Of a stretch of 64,000 nucleotides of DNA, positions 39,421 through 53,376 are shown piece by piece. The DNA lies in assembly GCA_047967505.1 (NCBI GenBank), contig CM106538.1; one strand, written 5' to 3'. Both the position numbers and the translations under genes were made by a program. The notes beneath the pieces were generated by a model. The model searched no databases and was not told the origin of the DNA. It saw nothing but the letters and a program-made list of their open reading frames with translations. This DNA is from Dipteris shenzhenensis (lineage: Eukaryota). Numbering within the stretch: position 1 is the first letter of the stretch; every line of letters starts with the position of its first letter.

Positions 39421-40675
39421 CTACTCTAGCACTATGATATAGCACTCACCTTTGGAGAACTTCTGCAATATGAAGCCATGTAAGGTGTCGGGACCTTTAA
39501 GGAGCACCATCTTTGATGCCTCAATGGTGAGTTAAACTGCATGCATGGGGTTTGCTGATGGTTGAAGCCAACAGCCCTTATGGCAAGACCCCTTGTCTTG
39601 CTATCCGGTGTGTCCCTCGCTACTCTCCTCTTTAGTGCGCCTTCTGAGTTTACCCATCTTTTGATTGGTTTAGAATGTTATATGAATCACATTACTAGAG
39701 TAAGCCTAATGACGCTTCACTTGGTAGATGGGGTATCAGACCCCTCTCACTTTTTGGGACACACCATCCCACTCCTAGTCCTTTCATTCAATACTTTTTT
39801 ATTCTTACTCCCTTACTTGTAGCTCCCCTTATGCTCAACTGCATCCACTGCTTGCCTGAGACATGCCATTAATGCCTTTTTCATGGAGTTTACACTTTTG
39901 TGGTGTCCTCTTTTTCTGTTTCACCACCATCGATGCCATCACTTTGGCTTTTCCCCCTTGCTACCAATCTCCCCTTTGTTGCCTCTCTTCGCACATTTTT
40001 GCTTCTTCACCTTTGATCAGGGTGTTGGGCTGGTAGTAGTAACCTTAAGCACCACATGATTGAGTTGTGCTTTAGGGTGTGGAAAACTCTAACCTTCCCA
40101 CTTTACATTAAGCCATCAATTGATCCAATGCATTTCTTATTGCTCGGTTGGACCTATTCAGCTTTTACATGGTCACTCTATCCATCGTTGCGACTCAGAT
40201 TTGTAGCCTTCAATTCTTTCTTTGCTCTCATTGGTTGACTTCATTCCACTTCTTACTCTACCCCTTATTCCTGCGATGCGATTACTTTTTTCCTCCTATT
40301 AGATTCTTTGATTTATGTTCTCCTGCTTGACCCCGCAGTTGTACGTGTGTCGTTTTACTCAGTGTTGCATATTTTTTCCTTTTTATACCCCCCCCCCCCC
40401 CCCCCCAAACCCACCCACCCACCCACCCACCCACACACACACATAAATATAAAATTATGATCTTTTAAACATCTCTTATACAAGTTTTTTAATAGATACG
40501 TTTATATATACCTTTATACATATGCTCAAGTCCCTCGTTCTTTTTATCTTCAACTCCCTTCTCTCTCTCTCTCACATACACACGAGATACACACACACAC
40601 ACACACACACACACTCTCTCTCTCTCTCTCTCTCTCTTTTGCCTATGTTATCTATCTTTCTACTCTCTTTCTCTC

Positions 40676-40717
<42 letters not shown>

Positions 40718-40939
40718 CCTTTTTGTAATTATTGATATAAGAAGGTGAATTAATCATGGCACTTTTTTAATTATGGAATCATTACACTTTTTACTCAAAT
40801 TTTGAGGGTTGTTTTGGTGCCTAGGTAAAGTGATAACAAGCCAAGGAACAGATGCATTACTTGTCTACCCAAATAAAGCTATATTTTCCTAATGTATGGT
40901 TTATTTGGATGATGATAGCACTACTACAAAACTAGGTAG

Positions 40940-41450
40940 AAATGGCACACAATTTCCAATTTTGCCATTTCTTATGTACGAAATGGCAATAGCTTCTCAA
41001 ATTGCCATATTTTTTGCAAAAATGGTAGTTAGAAATGGCAACTAGTTCTTGAACTGCCATTTCTTTGGAAGAAATGGCAACCTTTTATTGTATGCCATTT
41101 CTTATCAATAATTGGCAGCACCAAATGGTAGCAATTCTTGACTGCCCTTTCTTATGAAGAAATGGCAACAAATTCTTGATTGCCATTTCTTATGATGAAA
41201 TGGCAACAAATTCTTGACTGCCATTTCTTCATAAGAAATGGTAGCAAATTCTTGATTGTCATTTCTTGGTAGGAAATGGCAGCCATTTCTTGACTGCCAC
41301 TTCATTCGAAGAAATGGCAAGCACTTCTTGACTGCCATTTTCCTAAGAAGAAATGGCAACACAAAATGGCAACTATCTCTTGACTGCCATTTCTTATGAA
41401 AAAATGGCAACCATTTTTTAACTGCCATTCTTACCAAGAAATGGCAGCAC
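40940..41450. repeat. Left subterminal array (AAATGGCA / TGCCATTT)
   Basis: Alternating direct and inverted motifs with roughly 40-bp periodicity. Confidence 0.85.
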
Positions 41451-43342
41451 AAAATGCATGTGGAGTAAAATTACACAATGATTGACCATTCCGTTGCTAC
41501 AAAGTATCTTATTGTTGCCAAAGATTCAGTAATACCATTCACAACATTGATATTACTGTCACTATTTCTATATTGTCTAAGTGTGAAAGATTAATCAAAA
41601 GTCTTAAGTGCATCAGTATTCATAGTACACAGTGTGAAGAAGTCATCTAAAATTCTAAGGAATAACTTTTACCTTTTATAACACATGCATTTTACTTGAT
41701 AACAAATATTATTCAATAGTTGATTGAGAAATAAATAATACAATTTTTACATAGCAAAATAAAATATAAAATTATAAAGACATTACATGAAGAGTTTTCC
41801 AAGAAACATTTGAAAGCCTATGGTTTGACCCAATGTCTGAATCTCATAATTTTCTTTAAATATACAAGCATCCTTAATGATTGCATTCATCAACACTCTT
41901 AATGGGTATGATACTTTGTATAGGCCTTAATGAAAGTAATAGAATTGTTCTTGCAAAAGTTTTATGTGGACCAGGTATCTTTTTCATGGTCGGGAATGTG
42001 TATTTTCACAATTCCTACCATGCAACGTGGATGAGTGGTGTTAAAAATATGCATCGGTGTGCTTCTAGCATATGTGTGGGTTTGATGGATATGATACTTT
42101 ATACAAGTCTTAATACCAATAATACCCTTATCCTTGCAAAATTTTGAGTTGATAGGATATCATTTGCATGGTTGGCAGGTGTATTTTCACAATTCTTAAA
42201 TATGCATCATGCATGAGTGCTTCTAGCATATCTATGTGTGTCTGATAGGCATGATACTTTACATAGCTTCAACAAGATAAAACCCCTTGTGCTTTCAAAT
42301 TTTGATGGGGTCAAGCATCAATTTCATGGTTGGGCATGTGTATTTTCAAATTTCTTACCATGCATTGCGCATGAGTGCTAAAAATTATGCTACAAAATCA
42401 AGCAATGAGTAAAAAGCAACAAAGTAATCAAAACAAACAAGAGAAATGAAAGAACACAAACAAGACAACAAGATACCAAGAAAGCAACGAAGTCAAGCAA
42501 GCAAGCAACAAGATGCAATCATATCAAGCAAGCAAGTAATTGGAAAATTTTGGCAACATCTCCCCTGGGCCGTAGAAAAATCTCATATTTGCCTTTTGTG
42601 CAACCACAAAGACATAAGAAATGTGTAAACACACAATGCAGATTCCAAAGATTATTCTAATGCAGATGAAAGAGTTGGGAAGCTTACCTACAAGAAGAAA
42701 TTTGAAGACAAACCACTCAAAATATCATCCACTTCTTTAGTTCCCAAAATAGAAATCTTCTTCTTCAAGCTTGGAGTGGAGGGGAGTGGGCCAACAGTGG
42801 TGTGGGTGTTGTAGGGATGGCAGGGGAGGGTAGCGAGATGGTCCAGAAAGGTCATGAGGAAGAGGCAAAAAGTTGGCAAGATCTCAAACAAAAGAGGTCT
42901 AGCAAAAAGAGAGGCATTTGGGTTTGCTTTTTGAAAGTTTATTTGAGTCGGTATAGGCATCGGTATATACTGGCACCTATACCGGATGAAAACAAAGTTT
43001 TCCTTTGTTTTTGCATTCCCTAAAACTTATAGTACTTCTCTCACTTCTAGTTTCTTACTAGGTTTAATAAATGATGACTTGTATTGGATTACAAAATCTT
43101 GTAGCTTGGAAGGCCCTATTTTAGGGTGTGTGTTGACTTTTTTTATCATATCTCCTTTTTTACCACACCTTGCACCCTCTAAAACATACATCGTTGTACT
43201 TCTACCCATGCATATGGTATTATATGTGCATGATATTTTTCAAAAGCCTCAAACCAGGTGATTTCAAGTCCTATGCAAAGAATCATGGCCATTCGATGTC
43301 ATTTTCATTGGATATTTCCTAGTTTTGCACCATGCATTTAAT

Positions 43343-44531
43343 ACCCTTGCAAAGTTTGGTGCTGATCCAGTGGTGGAATATATGGATGTTAGTGTCCGTT
43401 GCACATTTTTCCTTCATATACATAGCATCCACGTGTGAATATGTGCATTCTTGTGCCACAGTATCACATATGGCATCTGATCCACCTAATAATTTGGAAG
43501 GACATTAAAACCAAATTTTCTAAGACCATTGCAAAGTTTGGTGTTGATTCGACGGTGGGATATACAGATGCGAATGTCCATTGTGCATTTTTACTTCACA
43601 TACATAGCATCCACATGCAAATATGGGCATTCTTGTTCCTTGGTGTAACATCCGGCATCCGATGCACCTTACACTTTGCAAGGACATTAAAACAACTTGT
43701 TTTAATACCCTTACAAAATTTGGTGCTAATCCGACGGTGTGGTATACGGATGTTGGTGTCCATTGCGCTTGTTTCCTTCATATACATAGCATCCACATGT
43801 GAATTTGAGCATTCTTGTTACCTAGTGGTACATATGGCATCCGATGCACCTTACACTTTGTAAAGACATTAAAACCAATTTTGTAAGACCCTTGCAAATT
43901 TTGATGCTGATCCGATGGTGGGATATATAGATGCAGATGTCCATTGCACATTCTTCCTTCACATACATAGCATCCACATGCAAATATGGGCATTCTTGCT
44001 CCCCGGTGTCACATCCGGCATCCTATGCACCTTACACTTTGCAAGGACATTAAAACAACTTGTTTTAAGACCCTTGAAAAGTTTTGTGTTGATCCGACAG
44101 TGGGATATGGGGATGTCGATGTCCATTGCACATTTTTCCTTCATATTGTGTAGCATCCACATGCAAATATGTGCATTCTTGTTCCTCGGTGGTAGATAGA
44201 GCATCTGATCCACCTGATACTTTACAAGGACATTGAAACAAATTGTTTTAAGAGCCTTGCAAAGTTTGGTGTTGATCCGACGGTGGGATATACATATGCA
44301 GATGTCCGTTGTGCATTTTTTTCACATACATAGCGTCCACATGTAAATATGTGCATTCTTGCTCCCGGTGGCACAAACGGCATCCGATGCACCTAACAAC
44401 TTGCAAGGACATCAAAAACAATTTTTTAATGACCCTTGCAAAGTTTGGTGTTGATCCGATGGTGGGATATACGGATGCAGAAGTCCGTTGCACATTTTGC
44501 CTTGACTTACATAGCATCCACATGCAAATAC
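43343..44531. repeat. ~182-bp tandem array, about 6.5 units
   Basis: TTGCAAAGTTTGGTGTTGATCCGA anchor near 43346, 43529, 43710, 43892, 44073, 44257 and 44436. Confidence 0.92.
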
Positions 44532-45049
44532 TGATGCGGATGTCCTAGCCTTTTCTACTATTGACAGCTGGCATAGGAGCAAAGATTTCATTTTTTTTCT
44601 TGCTAAGTTACCTAGATACATCGGCATGCCTCCTATGATTCGTTCTTTAGGCGAGTCTCTAACCTATTACTGCTAGTTTGTAATAGATGTTTATTGATAA
44701 GCTTACTAATAAGTACATTCAATGCCATTTTTCTTTACATTGAATATCCCGTCTCCATCTTTTCTACTATTGAACCCTAGCATATATGTCCAGTTACCTT
44801 AAAATGAGACCTTTTTTGGATTGAGGTAGATGCGTTAGAGGCATAGGTTTCATCTAAGTGGATCATATATGTTCCAAGGTAGGCCAATATTTACATGTGC
44901 ATCCTATTATGTGAACAAAAAATATGTAACAATCATCAACAATGATACCTCCAATAATCCCCCAATCATCTTATTGGTAATAAACTTTGCATAGGTCTTG
45001 AGTAGTTTCCATATCCCTACAAAGTTCTGATTTTGTTGATGGTTCTTTT

Positions 45050-45680
45050 CACCTTCGAGAGTGCATCCTTGAAGATGGTGTATATGCACTTACAACATGG
45101 TTTATCAATCTGTATGATACCCCTAGCATTAACCTGCAACGCAAGTTCAACGTCTATTTATCGTCCATCTATAATTGTTGTGGAGCATGCATTTGGTTGA
45201 TTGAAAGTCTGATGGCAATACCTCAATAAGAAGTTCCTAAACCCAAAGCCCAAGCTGGAGCAATGAGTATAATGGCCTAACTAGTCACCTAACTTTTCTA
45301 AGAGAATATTGGAAAGTTCCTTGAGGTCTTTTTCGATGCGTTCTCTATTTTCAATGGTAAGCATTCCTCCCACCTTGACCACATAGTATAAGAAGAGCAC
45401 TTATGAAAATTGAGATGGCCTTTTGATAAGTCAAAGAGGCCGGCTTGTGCTTGGATCTTGACAAGTTCTTTTTTCTGGCACTAAAGAGGAGTTCTCCTTG
45501 GCCACATTATTTTTTCCAACAAAATGACTATAGGTCTAGTCACGGTGGAAGTGAGTTGCAAAGAAAGCTTCATGACAAACTTAATGATGCCTTGCAAGAT
45601 CAACTTAATGATTTGAGGAAAAGAATTTCTGCTCTACCTTTGGTAAATTTCATGCCTCCTTCATGATAATTTTCACAAAA
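45050..45680 (+). pseudogene. Degenerate Ty3/gypsy reverse transcriptase fragment
   Basis: NIGKFLEVFFDAFSIF (decayed xxDD motif), EAGLCLDLDK, GVLLGHII. Confidence 0.6.
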
Positions 45681-46024
45681 AAGATGATTCATGCTCACAC
45701 AGACACATGGACACACACACATGCATGCGTGTGTGTATTGTAGATATTGTTTTGAAAAGGTTTATGGATCTTCGAGTAGAGTAGAAAGCATTCACATGAA
45801 GCATTATTAAGTATCATATTTACTTTATTTTAAAAAGGTTCATCAATCAACAATTGGAGTAGAAAAGATAGCAACACAAACAAATGACATGTGTTTTCCA
45901 AGTAAGTTAAATTTATTTGTTTTTCTTAATCAGTATGGCAATGATGATAATGTTTTTGGATATTTTTCATAAAGATATTTTAAACAAATATTATACTAAT
46001 GATCTCTTGAATGTATCTTTGTAG

Positions 46025-46291
46025 GTTGATGCTTTTCAAAGGGGACAACGAGTAAAGATCTTACATAAGGACTCAAAAGACATAGTTGGAATAGGGACAA
46101 TAATTAGTTTTGATCCTTACTTTAGAGTTCATACTATACCAATAGGAGTTAGTTATGTAGCAGTACGAGTTGATGATGCAATCATTAAGGACATTGCTTG
46201 TATATTCAAAGCAAATGATGAGATTCAGACATTAGGTCAAGCCGTAGGCTTGAATGTTGCTTGGAAAACTCTTCATGTAATGTATATATAA
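46025..46291 (+). pseudogene. Terminal exon of a CACTA TnpA/ORF2-like protein (Transposase_23/DUF8039-like)
   Basis: After acceptor TTTGTAG there are 88 open codons: ...VGIGTIISFDP..VHTIPIG..YVAVRVDDAI..NDEIQTLGQAVGLNVAW...*. Not in the ORF track. Confidence 0.75.
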
Positions 46292-46739
46292 TTTTATATT
46301 TGATTTTGTTATGTAAATATTGAATTATTTATTTCTCAATCAACTATCGAATAATATTTGTTATCAAGTAAAATGTGTGTGTTATAAGAGGTAAAAGTTA
46401 TCCTTACAATTTTAGATGACTTCTTCACACTGTGTAATATGAGTACTGATGCACTTTAGACTTTTGATTAATCTTTCACACTTAGACAATAAATTTCATT
46501 CATGGATACCAAAAGTATCAAATGTAAAATAAGTCATTTAAGATTCCAATGCCATGTAACTTTTTGGCCCATTTTAAAAGCTAGTAGAAGTTAAATGTTT
46601 TTGCCCATTTTGAATGCTATTGTTTATAAAAGAAGAAATGGCAATTGTGATTCCATTTCCTTCCATTTGTAAAATAATAACTGGCATTTTGTATGTCACT
46701 TTATTTCCATTTCCAACATGAAATCTTGCAAATTTTAAG

Positions 46740-47630
46740 TCATCTTTTGCCATTTCGAATATAATAAGTGACAATTTTTATGTCACCTTTTGCCATTTCT
46801 TTCACAGTTGGTCTCTATTGTAGTGCCATTTCATGCATTAAAAATGGCAAAAATATATGGTACTTTTGGTTGCCATTTCGATTGTGGAAATGGCAAAACT
46901 ATATGGCACTTTTAGTTGCCATTTCATACGTAAAAATGGTAGAATATATGGCACTTTTGGTTGCCATTTTAGACATCAAAATGGCAAAAATAGTATGGCA
47001 CTTTTGGTTGCCATTTTGCATGTGGAAATGGCAATACTATATGGCACTTTTAGTTGCCATTTCATACATAAAAATGGCAAAATATATGGCACTTTTGGTT
47101 GCCATTTTAGACATCAAAATGACAAAAATATATGGCACTTTTGGTTGCCATTTTAGACATGAAAATGGCAAATTATATGGCACTTTTGGTTGCCATTTTG
47201 CATGTGGAAATGGCAATACTATATGGCACTTTTAGTTGCCATTTCATGCATAAGCAAAATATATGGTACTTTTGGTTGCCATTTAAGACATAAAATGGCA
47301 CTTTTGGGTGCCATTTTTGCATGTGGAAATGGCAAAACTATATGGCACTTTTGATTGCCATTTAATACATAAAAATGGCAAAATATATGGCACTTTCGGT
47401 AGCCATTTTAGACACAAAACCGGGCAGAAATATATGGCACTCTTGGTTGCCATTTTGTATGTGGAAATGGCAAAATTATATGGCACTTTTAGTTGCCATT
47501 TCATATGTAAAAATGGCAAAATATATGGCACTTTTGGTTGCCATTTCCAAAAAATGGCACATGTGGAAATGGTGGCAAGAAAGTGCCATTTAATAATGTA
47601 GAAATGGCACTTTTGGGCTGCCATTTGTAC
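46740..47630. repeat. Right subterminal array (AAATGGCA..TATGGCACTTTTGGTTGCCATTT)
   Basis: About 60-bp units repeated more than 10 times. Confidence 0.9.
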
Positions 47631-47919
47631 CTAGTTTTGTAGTAGTGAAGGTAAGTGGACCTGACTTCAAAACCTGGCCTACCTTAATGGATTCAACAAT
47701 TTTCTTCCAATATTGTGAGTTTTTTTGCAAACTTAATAATAATGCAAATTCTCGATTGTGTTTGAATCTTTTTCACAAACTCTATATAAAGTAAACCTCT
47801 CAATTTGTTGCAATTGTTAGCTTAGTTGTCTCAGATATTTTTGTCCTTGTCTCATTCATAAGTTTTTTCTCCAAATGATGGAATTATTTGTTTGGCTCAT
47901 TTTTTGATGGGAATATTAA

Positions 47920-47923
<4 letters not shown>

Positions 47924-47950
<27 letters not shown>

Positions 47951-48190
47951 TGTGCATGTGCATGTGCATGTGTGCCCATGCACATGTGCACACACACGCA
48001 TGCACCTGTACATGCATGCGTGCACACGCACATACATGCACAGACACACATGCACACATGCATGCATGCAGCACCCACCTGCACACACGCACGTGCACAC
48101 ACACACATGTATGTGCATGCATGCATGCACACGTGTGTGTGGGGGGATGCGTGTGTGCGAGCATGCGTGCATTTGTGTGTGTGTGTGTGG
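47924..48190. repeat. Alternating purine-pyrimidine (CA/TG/CATG) low-complexity tract
   Basis: Directly visible. Confidence 0.85.
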
Positions 48191-48235
48191 AGAGGGGGTA
48201 TTTGCATATATGTGTGGTCTCAACAGTGACTCATG

Positions 48236-51200
48236 TGTCATGGGGATCTTTTAGGAATTCCGATGGAGCCTTAATCCAAGCTAGTCCTTGTGAGAGCAAT
48301 GCAAAGCACACAAGTGTCACTCAAGTAGCTGTCGAATTGTTGCAATGTGTAATGTGTTTCCACGAGAGGAGGGAAAGGGGAGAGGGGAGAAGTGAGGGAG
48401 AAGGGAAGGAAAAGAGGAGAATGAATGGGGATGGATTGGCAAACACAAAGGCATTACAAAGAAAACAAGAGAACACCCAAAAACACTCTTGGAAGAGAAG
48501 AGGGAGCTTGTATTCCAAACTTGTGCATCCAACAATGAAGACCAAAGTCAACCACTTGGCCTTTTACACATGTCACCTTTTGAAGGAAGGGCCAACCCTA
48601 TTCCCTTTTATACATGTCACCTTTTGAAGGGAGGGCCAACCCTATTCCCTTTATACCACTCTCTTTCCTCATTCTTTTACAACCATCTTGGGCCTATTTG
48701 GATCCAAGGCACAATCCTAGCTCTATGGACTTGCCACTATCTATCAAATGATATCACTAAACTAGCGGTGGCATATTGTTAACCAATCGGTTAACATGCT
48801 CCTCCTTAAGTCCCATATGTGATTTGAGTGGAACTTTTATTGAATTCTCATCAGACTCTCTTTGAATTGCCATGCTTCTAAGTCCACAGTTTTGCATGAC
48901 ATTTTTCCTTGCTTCTCTACTTTGAAGTTCTTTCAAAACCAATTTTATGGACTATATTTCATTGAGGGATTTGCTTGGAATTATTTGAGCCCAATAAGAC
49001 TATGGCATCATCTGGACCTTTATTTTGTTGGAGTCATCAAATCCAAAGGAATCTGATAATACACCATACAAACTCCTAAAATGAGGACTATGGTTGAAGA
49101 GGTTTGTAGCATCTGGGATCTAGGAAAGGCTTCTAAGCTAGAGTAATAAGAAAAAGAGGAAATCAAAATAAAGAAAAGAGGATGATTCAGAGTTGAATTG
49201 TTAACAGTGGTGTTAGTAAGGGAATGTGGAAAAAAGACTTTGAGGGTCACAATAAAATCATCCGAACCCATATTGGTCTCATCATCTTCACCCTGCAGTT
49301 GAATGCATCCCTAAATAGTAGCCACCTACTTGCTTAAAATCTCACCTACAGATTTTATGAGGTATGCAGTAGATCCTTTCTGACCCATATTTTCTTGATT
49401 GCCTTTTGTCTTTGTCTTCTTTGTTCGTGAGATGCTTGTCGAGGTTGAGAAGTGGAAGTGGATGTTGATGCTTGAATGTTGTGCTGGTTGGTAGTTCTTA
49501 GCACATCTTGTTGGGTTGACTCATCACCAAATAACCCTTTGTAAGTGTCTTGCATCTAGCTTTTACCAAGAATTGCGGCTGGCGTCAAGGTGACTATAGG
49601 AGTTACAAATTACTTACAAGGCACAACGTAATTGTCCAAGGAAACATTCAACATTAAAGAACCAATAACCTTAATAGAGGTACCCTCTATGGATTGAATT
49701 TCAGAATCACATACTTGAAGGCATACCTAGCTGAGATGTTTTAATGTTTCCCATGAGATGAGGTTATTGCTTGCTTGCCAATCTGCCATGGTCTGTATTT
49801 GGCATGTTGCACTTGCTAATCTCAGCTCTACCCAAAGTTGAGATGGGTTCCTATCTATCTCATTATGATCAATAACATTATCAATTTCAAGTTCAACTTG
49901 ATAAGTTAGTACCACTCTCATGGTGTAAAGAGGTGTAATGGTAGTAGGTTTATAATTGTCAAGGTGCATAAATTGAGTTCCCTTCGTACTCAACATATGT
50001 AAAGAGGTGTAATGGTAGTAGGTTTATCATTGTCAAGGTGCATAAATTGAGTTCCCTTCATACTCAGCATATGTTTTGTGGCTAGTTTATGCATCCAATT
50101 TAGTAAGTCTTCTAACTCAGGGATAGGAGCACACCAAGAGTCTTCAAGACCACAGTATTGGCCTAGTTTGTTGACTAGAACCCTTAGAAGTTCTTGAGCT
50201 TGATTGAGAGATTCAACATTCTTAGGATTAGTGGACTAGGGTGTCACTATTTGCCCATTCATCCAATCCGAGAGGTCTCTCCATAGAGTAGGATTATCCC
50301 GTAGTAGTATCGTGATGGGCATCTTGATCTCAGTGGACAAGAATGAGACTGATCCTGTGATGTCTTGAGGACCAGTGATAGGTTCCTTGCCTATTGACTC
50401 TGACTCTTCTAAGCCATATAAGGACATGTTTTCTTCCTCCAAGGCGGGGTCTTCTTCAAACATCCATTGCATTAGGGTAGATCCCTCTGTTGAAGGGCAT
50501 GACACACCTTCTTCATCTACCCTTTCAGGTATTTGCAAGGCTTTTGAGGCTTGAGTGGTTATCTCATGTCTTGGATGAATTGTATGAGCACTCTTGCTTG
50601 CCTTGAGCCTCTGCTCACATTCCTCTTGGCACTTGCGTACCAATTTCTACTCCTCGGTGAGACATTTTTTCCACCGTGACCCTTAGGTGTTGTGTCTTGG
50701 ACATGGTGTGATGCTCTTATTGTTCCCTCACTTGCCTCATGCAGGTGCTTATTGCTGCTACCATTTGATAAAGTACCACCAGAGGAAGATGACGTTGCTA
50801 GGGAGGTCGTGTCTTCATCCGGGATGATGACCTTATTGTGTCCCTTCCCAATCTTCATTGCACCCTTGGTGCTTACTTGTGCCGAGTTAGTTGCCTCCCT
50901 AGGCTATGATGTGCTAGTTTAATCTTTTTTTGGCTTGTTTGCAAAGCTCTTTATTAAGGGCTTTAGCTTGTAACCTAGTGATTACATTCAAGGTAGGGAA
51001 AAAATTAGGGTCAAATTTTAGACCAAGGGCTAATTTAGAGGCTTTCCCAAGTTGGTTGGGCTAATATTTAGAGCTTTAAATTTGATAAATTAGCTCAAAA
51101 ATAAAGGTGGGCTAATTTTGAGAGCCTCAAAATTGATAAATTTGCCCTAAAAGTGGTAGCAGGGCTAATATTTATAACTTTATATGGGGAAAGATTCACC

Positions 51201-53376
51201 CATTGACTTACATTGTCATAATCGTGTTCCCTCCTTATTTTTTACCCTGATTCAAGGATACTAATGACACTTGGCCTCTCTCAACGCTTAACAAGTGAAG
51301 GCTTGTGGACTTAGATGGCCTTCTCTCATCAGGCAATCCTTAAAAATATGGTCCACACCACGCCCAGTGCACAATGGTGGTGGAGTATTAGATGCTGGTG
51401 CATATGTGATTGGTTGATTAGATTGCCCCTTATATGGACACTCATTGGCTAGGTGTGGCCCTTGACACATATGGCATTGAATGGGTTGTGTCTTGTCCAG
51501 GTTGTTCATATATCCCATTTTTTGAGCAATCGTGGTGCTTGGTAGATCGGTAAATCTGGTCTTCTTGCTTGACATAGTGACTTATAATGCTAGACCGATT
51601 TAAATTGTCACCTTATTGGGGGCACCCATTTCCACTAAAGGTAGGTTCAGGGTCACCCCAATCACTAGGTAGCTCTTCCACCAATACTTGATTCCGGGGA
51701 GTAATTCTTCGGGGTGGTGGTTGAGTTCCTAGTACTGGCGGGGGTAAGGTAATATTTTGAGCCCTAAATTTCCCTTGATTTGTTGATGTGGCTCCTTGTA
51801 TTTCTAAATTGTTTCTCATTCGATGGATTGGGTGGTGCAGGCAATGTTAGCTATGGCCTTTGTTGATACATGGGTTGAGGAATTACCCTAGGATAACGAC
51901 ATTGGAATCACCTTGGGATAATGACATTGGAATGCGTCTTGATTTCCCCAACAAACACAATGGGCACAATATAGTGCCGGCCTTGTCCTAAGATGAGGGC
52001 ACTCTTTAGTGGGATGATTTTCATTGCATAGCCCACACCATATGTTATCTCTTTGTGGAAATAGATGGATTTGCTAGGAGCCTCTTTCAATGCTTTTCCC
52101 TTCCGTTTTTGACCCAAGTCGTTTAATAGATTGGTGGCCAACTCTTCCATTTTTAGCACCTCGGGTGTCATGCTTGCATCCTTAGTTTCTTTTGAGGTTG
52201 AATCCTTTGTCATTTGGGACATATCAGAGGAAGCTAAGGAGTTATCCTTTTGGGGCTTCTCCCTCATGTTATCCCCTAGGTGTATTGATTTGCTACTACA
52301 TAGCTCAAATGATGTGGGATTCATAGCAAACAAATGATCATGCAGCTTAGCATCCCCTAGCCTTATGAGGAAGCGTGGCAAAAGTTGTGCATCACTCATC
52401 CTCTCGTGGGGTTTTCATCGTGAGTGCAGATTGTTAATTCTGGGGATATAGTCTCGTAAGGACTCAGTCTCCTTCTGATTCACCTCATAAAGCTGGTTAA
52501 TCGGGCTCTAATTTGGGACCAATGGGGGAAGGACACAATGAAAGATTTACGCAATGTGCCCCAATTTATTTACTCCTTAGGATTTAAGGATTTGACCCGT
52601 TGTCTAGCCTTGCCATCAAGACTCAAGCCAAAAGCATTGACCTTGTCTAGATCGTCGATATCACCAAAGGTGTCAAAGATTTGTTCAAATCTCTCAAAAA
52701 CAGAGACTGGGTCTCCTTCTTCTACAAACTTGGTGATTAGCTTGGAGACTATGATAGGCTTGCTCCTTGAGGGGTTGGTTTTCCTTCCTGAAAAAGATGG
52801 AGGTGGTGTTGCAGGCCCCATTCCTAGCGCTTGCACTAGGATTCTCATAGCTTCATCTGTAAGGACCATTTGCGATACAAGAGGAGGTTGTGGAATGGTG
52901 GGCCCTATCCCATACTTGGTGGTCCTGATGAAGGGTTCCATGGGACTTTATGACACAAAGTGGGGATTCGAGGGCCCAAACCCACTAGGCTTTTGCATTG
53001 TGACTTGGGCCAGATTGGGCCTAACAGGTTGGGACTGGAGATCCTCTAGGGAGTGGTATGTTCCCTATAGGCACAGGCCTATAAGGGGCAGTTGTTGGGT
53101 AGGGAATATCTCCCATGTTTTGTTGCCAAGCAAGAATCATAGAGGCTTCCGAGGTGGAGGGTCTCAAATGTGGGCCTTTGAGGTTACTCCTTTCCCCCCT
53201 TTATTCTAGCATTTGGGACCCTTGTGAGAACCTGGTCCAAATGCATCCCCATGGGACTATCTATCATCAAAGAATGGGTACGATGGGGGTTAATTGCCAG
53301 TAGGTATTGCAAGACTTGGTTCTTTGAGTATTGCCAGTGATATGAGTGGTTGGGCTAGCATTTGAGGCTCTATTGT
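48236..53376 (-). mobile_element. Decayed Ty3/gypsy-type element: gag with zinc knuckles, no recognisable pol; possible LTR at 48236-49284
   Basis: KFVEEGDP..FEQIF..KVNAFGLSLDGKARQ..WGTLRKSF..QKETESLRDY (retrotransposon gag-like), CHMCQGPHLANEC. LTR limits are tentative (TGTCA...CATCA next to GGGTGAAGA on -). Confidence 0.6.

Larger units (their letters stand above)
40919..47647. mobile_element. Canonical CACTA element, non-autonomous / composite
   Basis: 28-bp TIR CACTACTACAAAACTAGGTA(G/C)AAATGGC at both ends. Flanks TAG / AAG (2 of 3 match). AAATGGCA/TGCCATTT subterminal arrays. Confidence 0.85.

Noticed and set aside
43435-44627. Several similar short ORFs
   Set aside because: By-products of the 182-bp array; the unit length does not keep a consistent frame.
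46768-47624. Repetitive ORFs and a CRISPR-like periodic pattern
   Set aside because: CACTA subterminal repeats. There are no unique spacers or cas genes, and the context is eukaryotic.
47884-48254. His/Cys-rich ORFs
   Set aside because: Translations of CA/TG low-complexity sequence.
48777-48796. Short palindrome TGTTAACC-AATC-GGTTAACA
   Set aside because: 8-bp arms with no supporting context.
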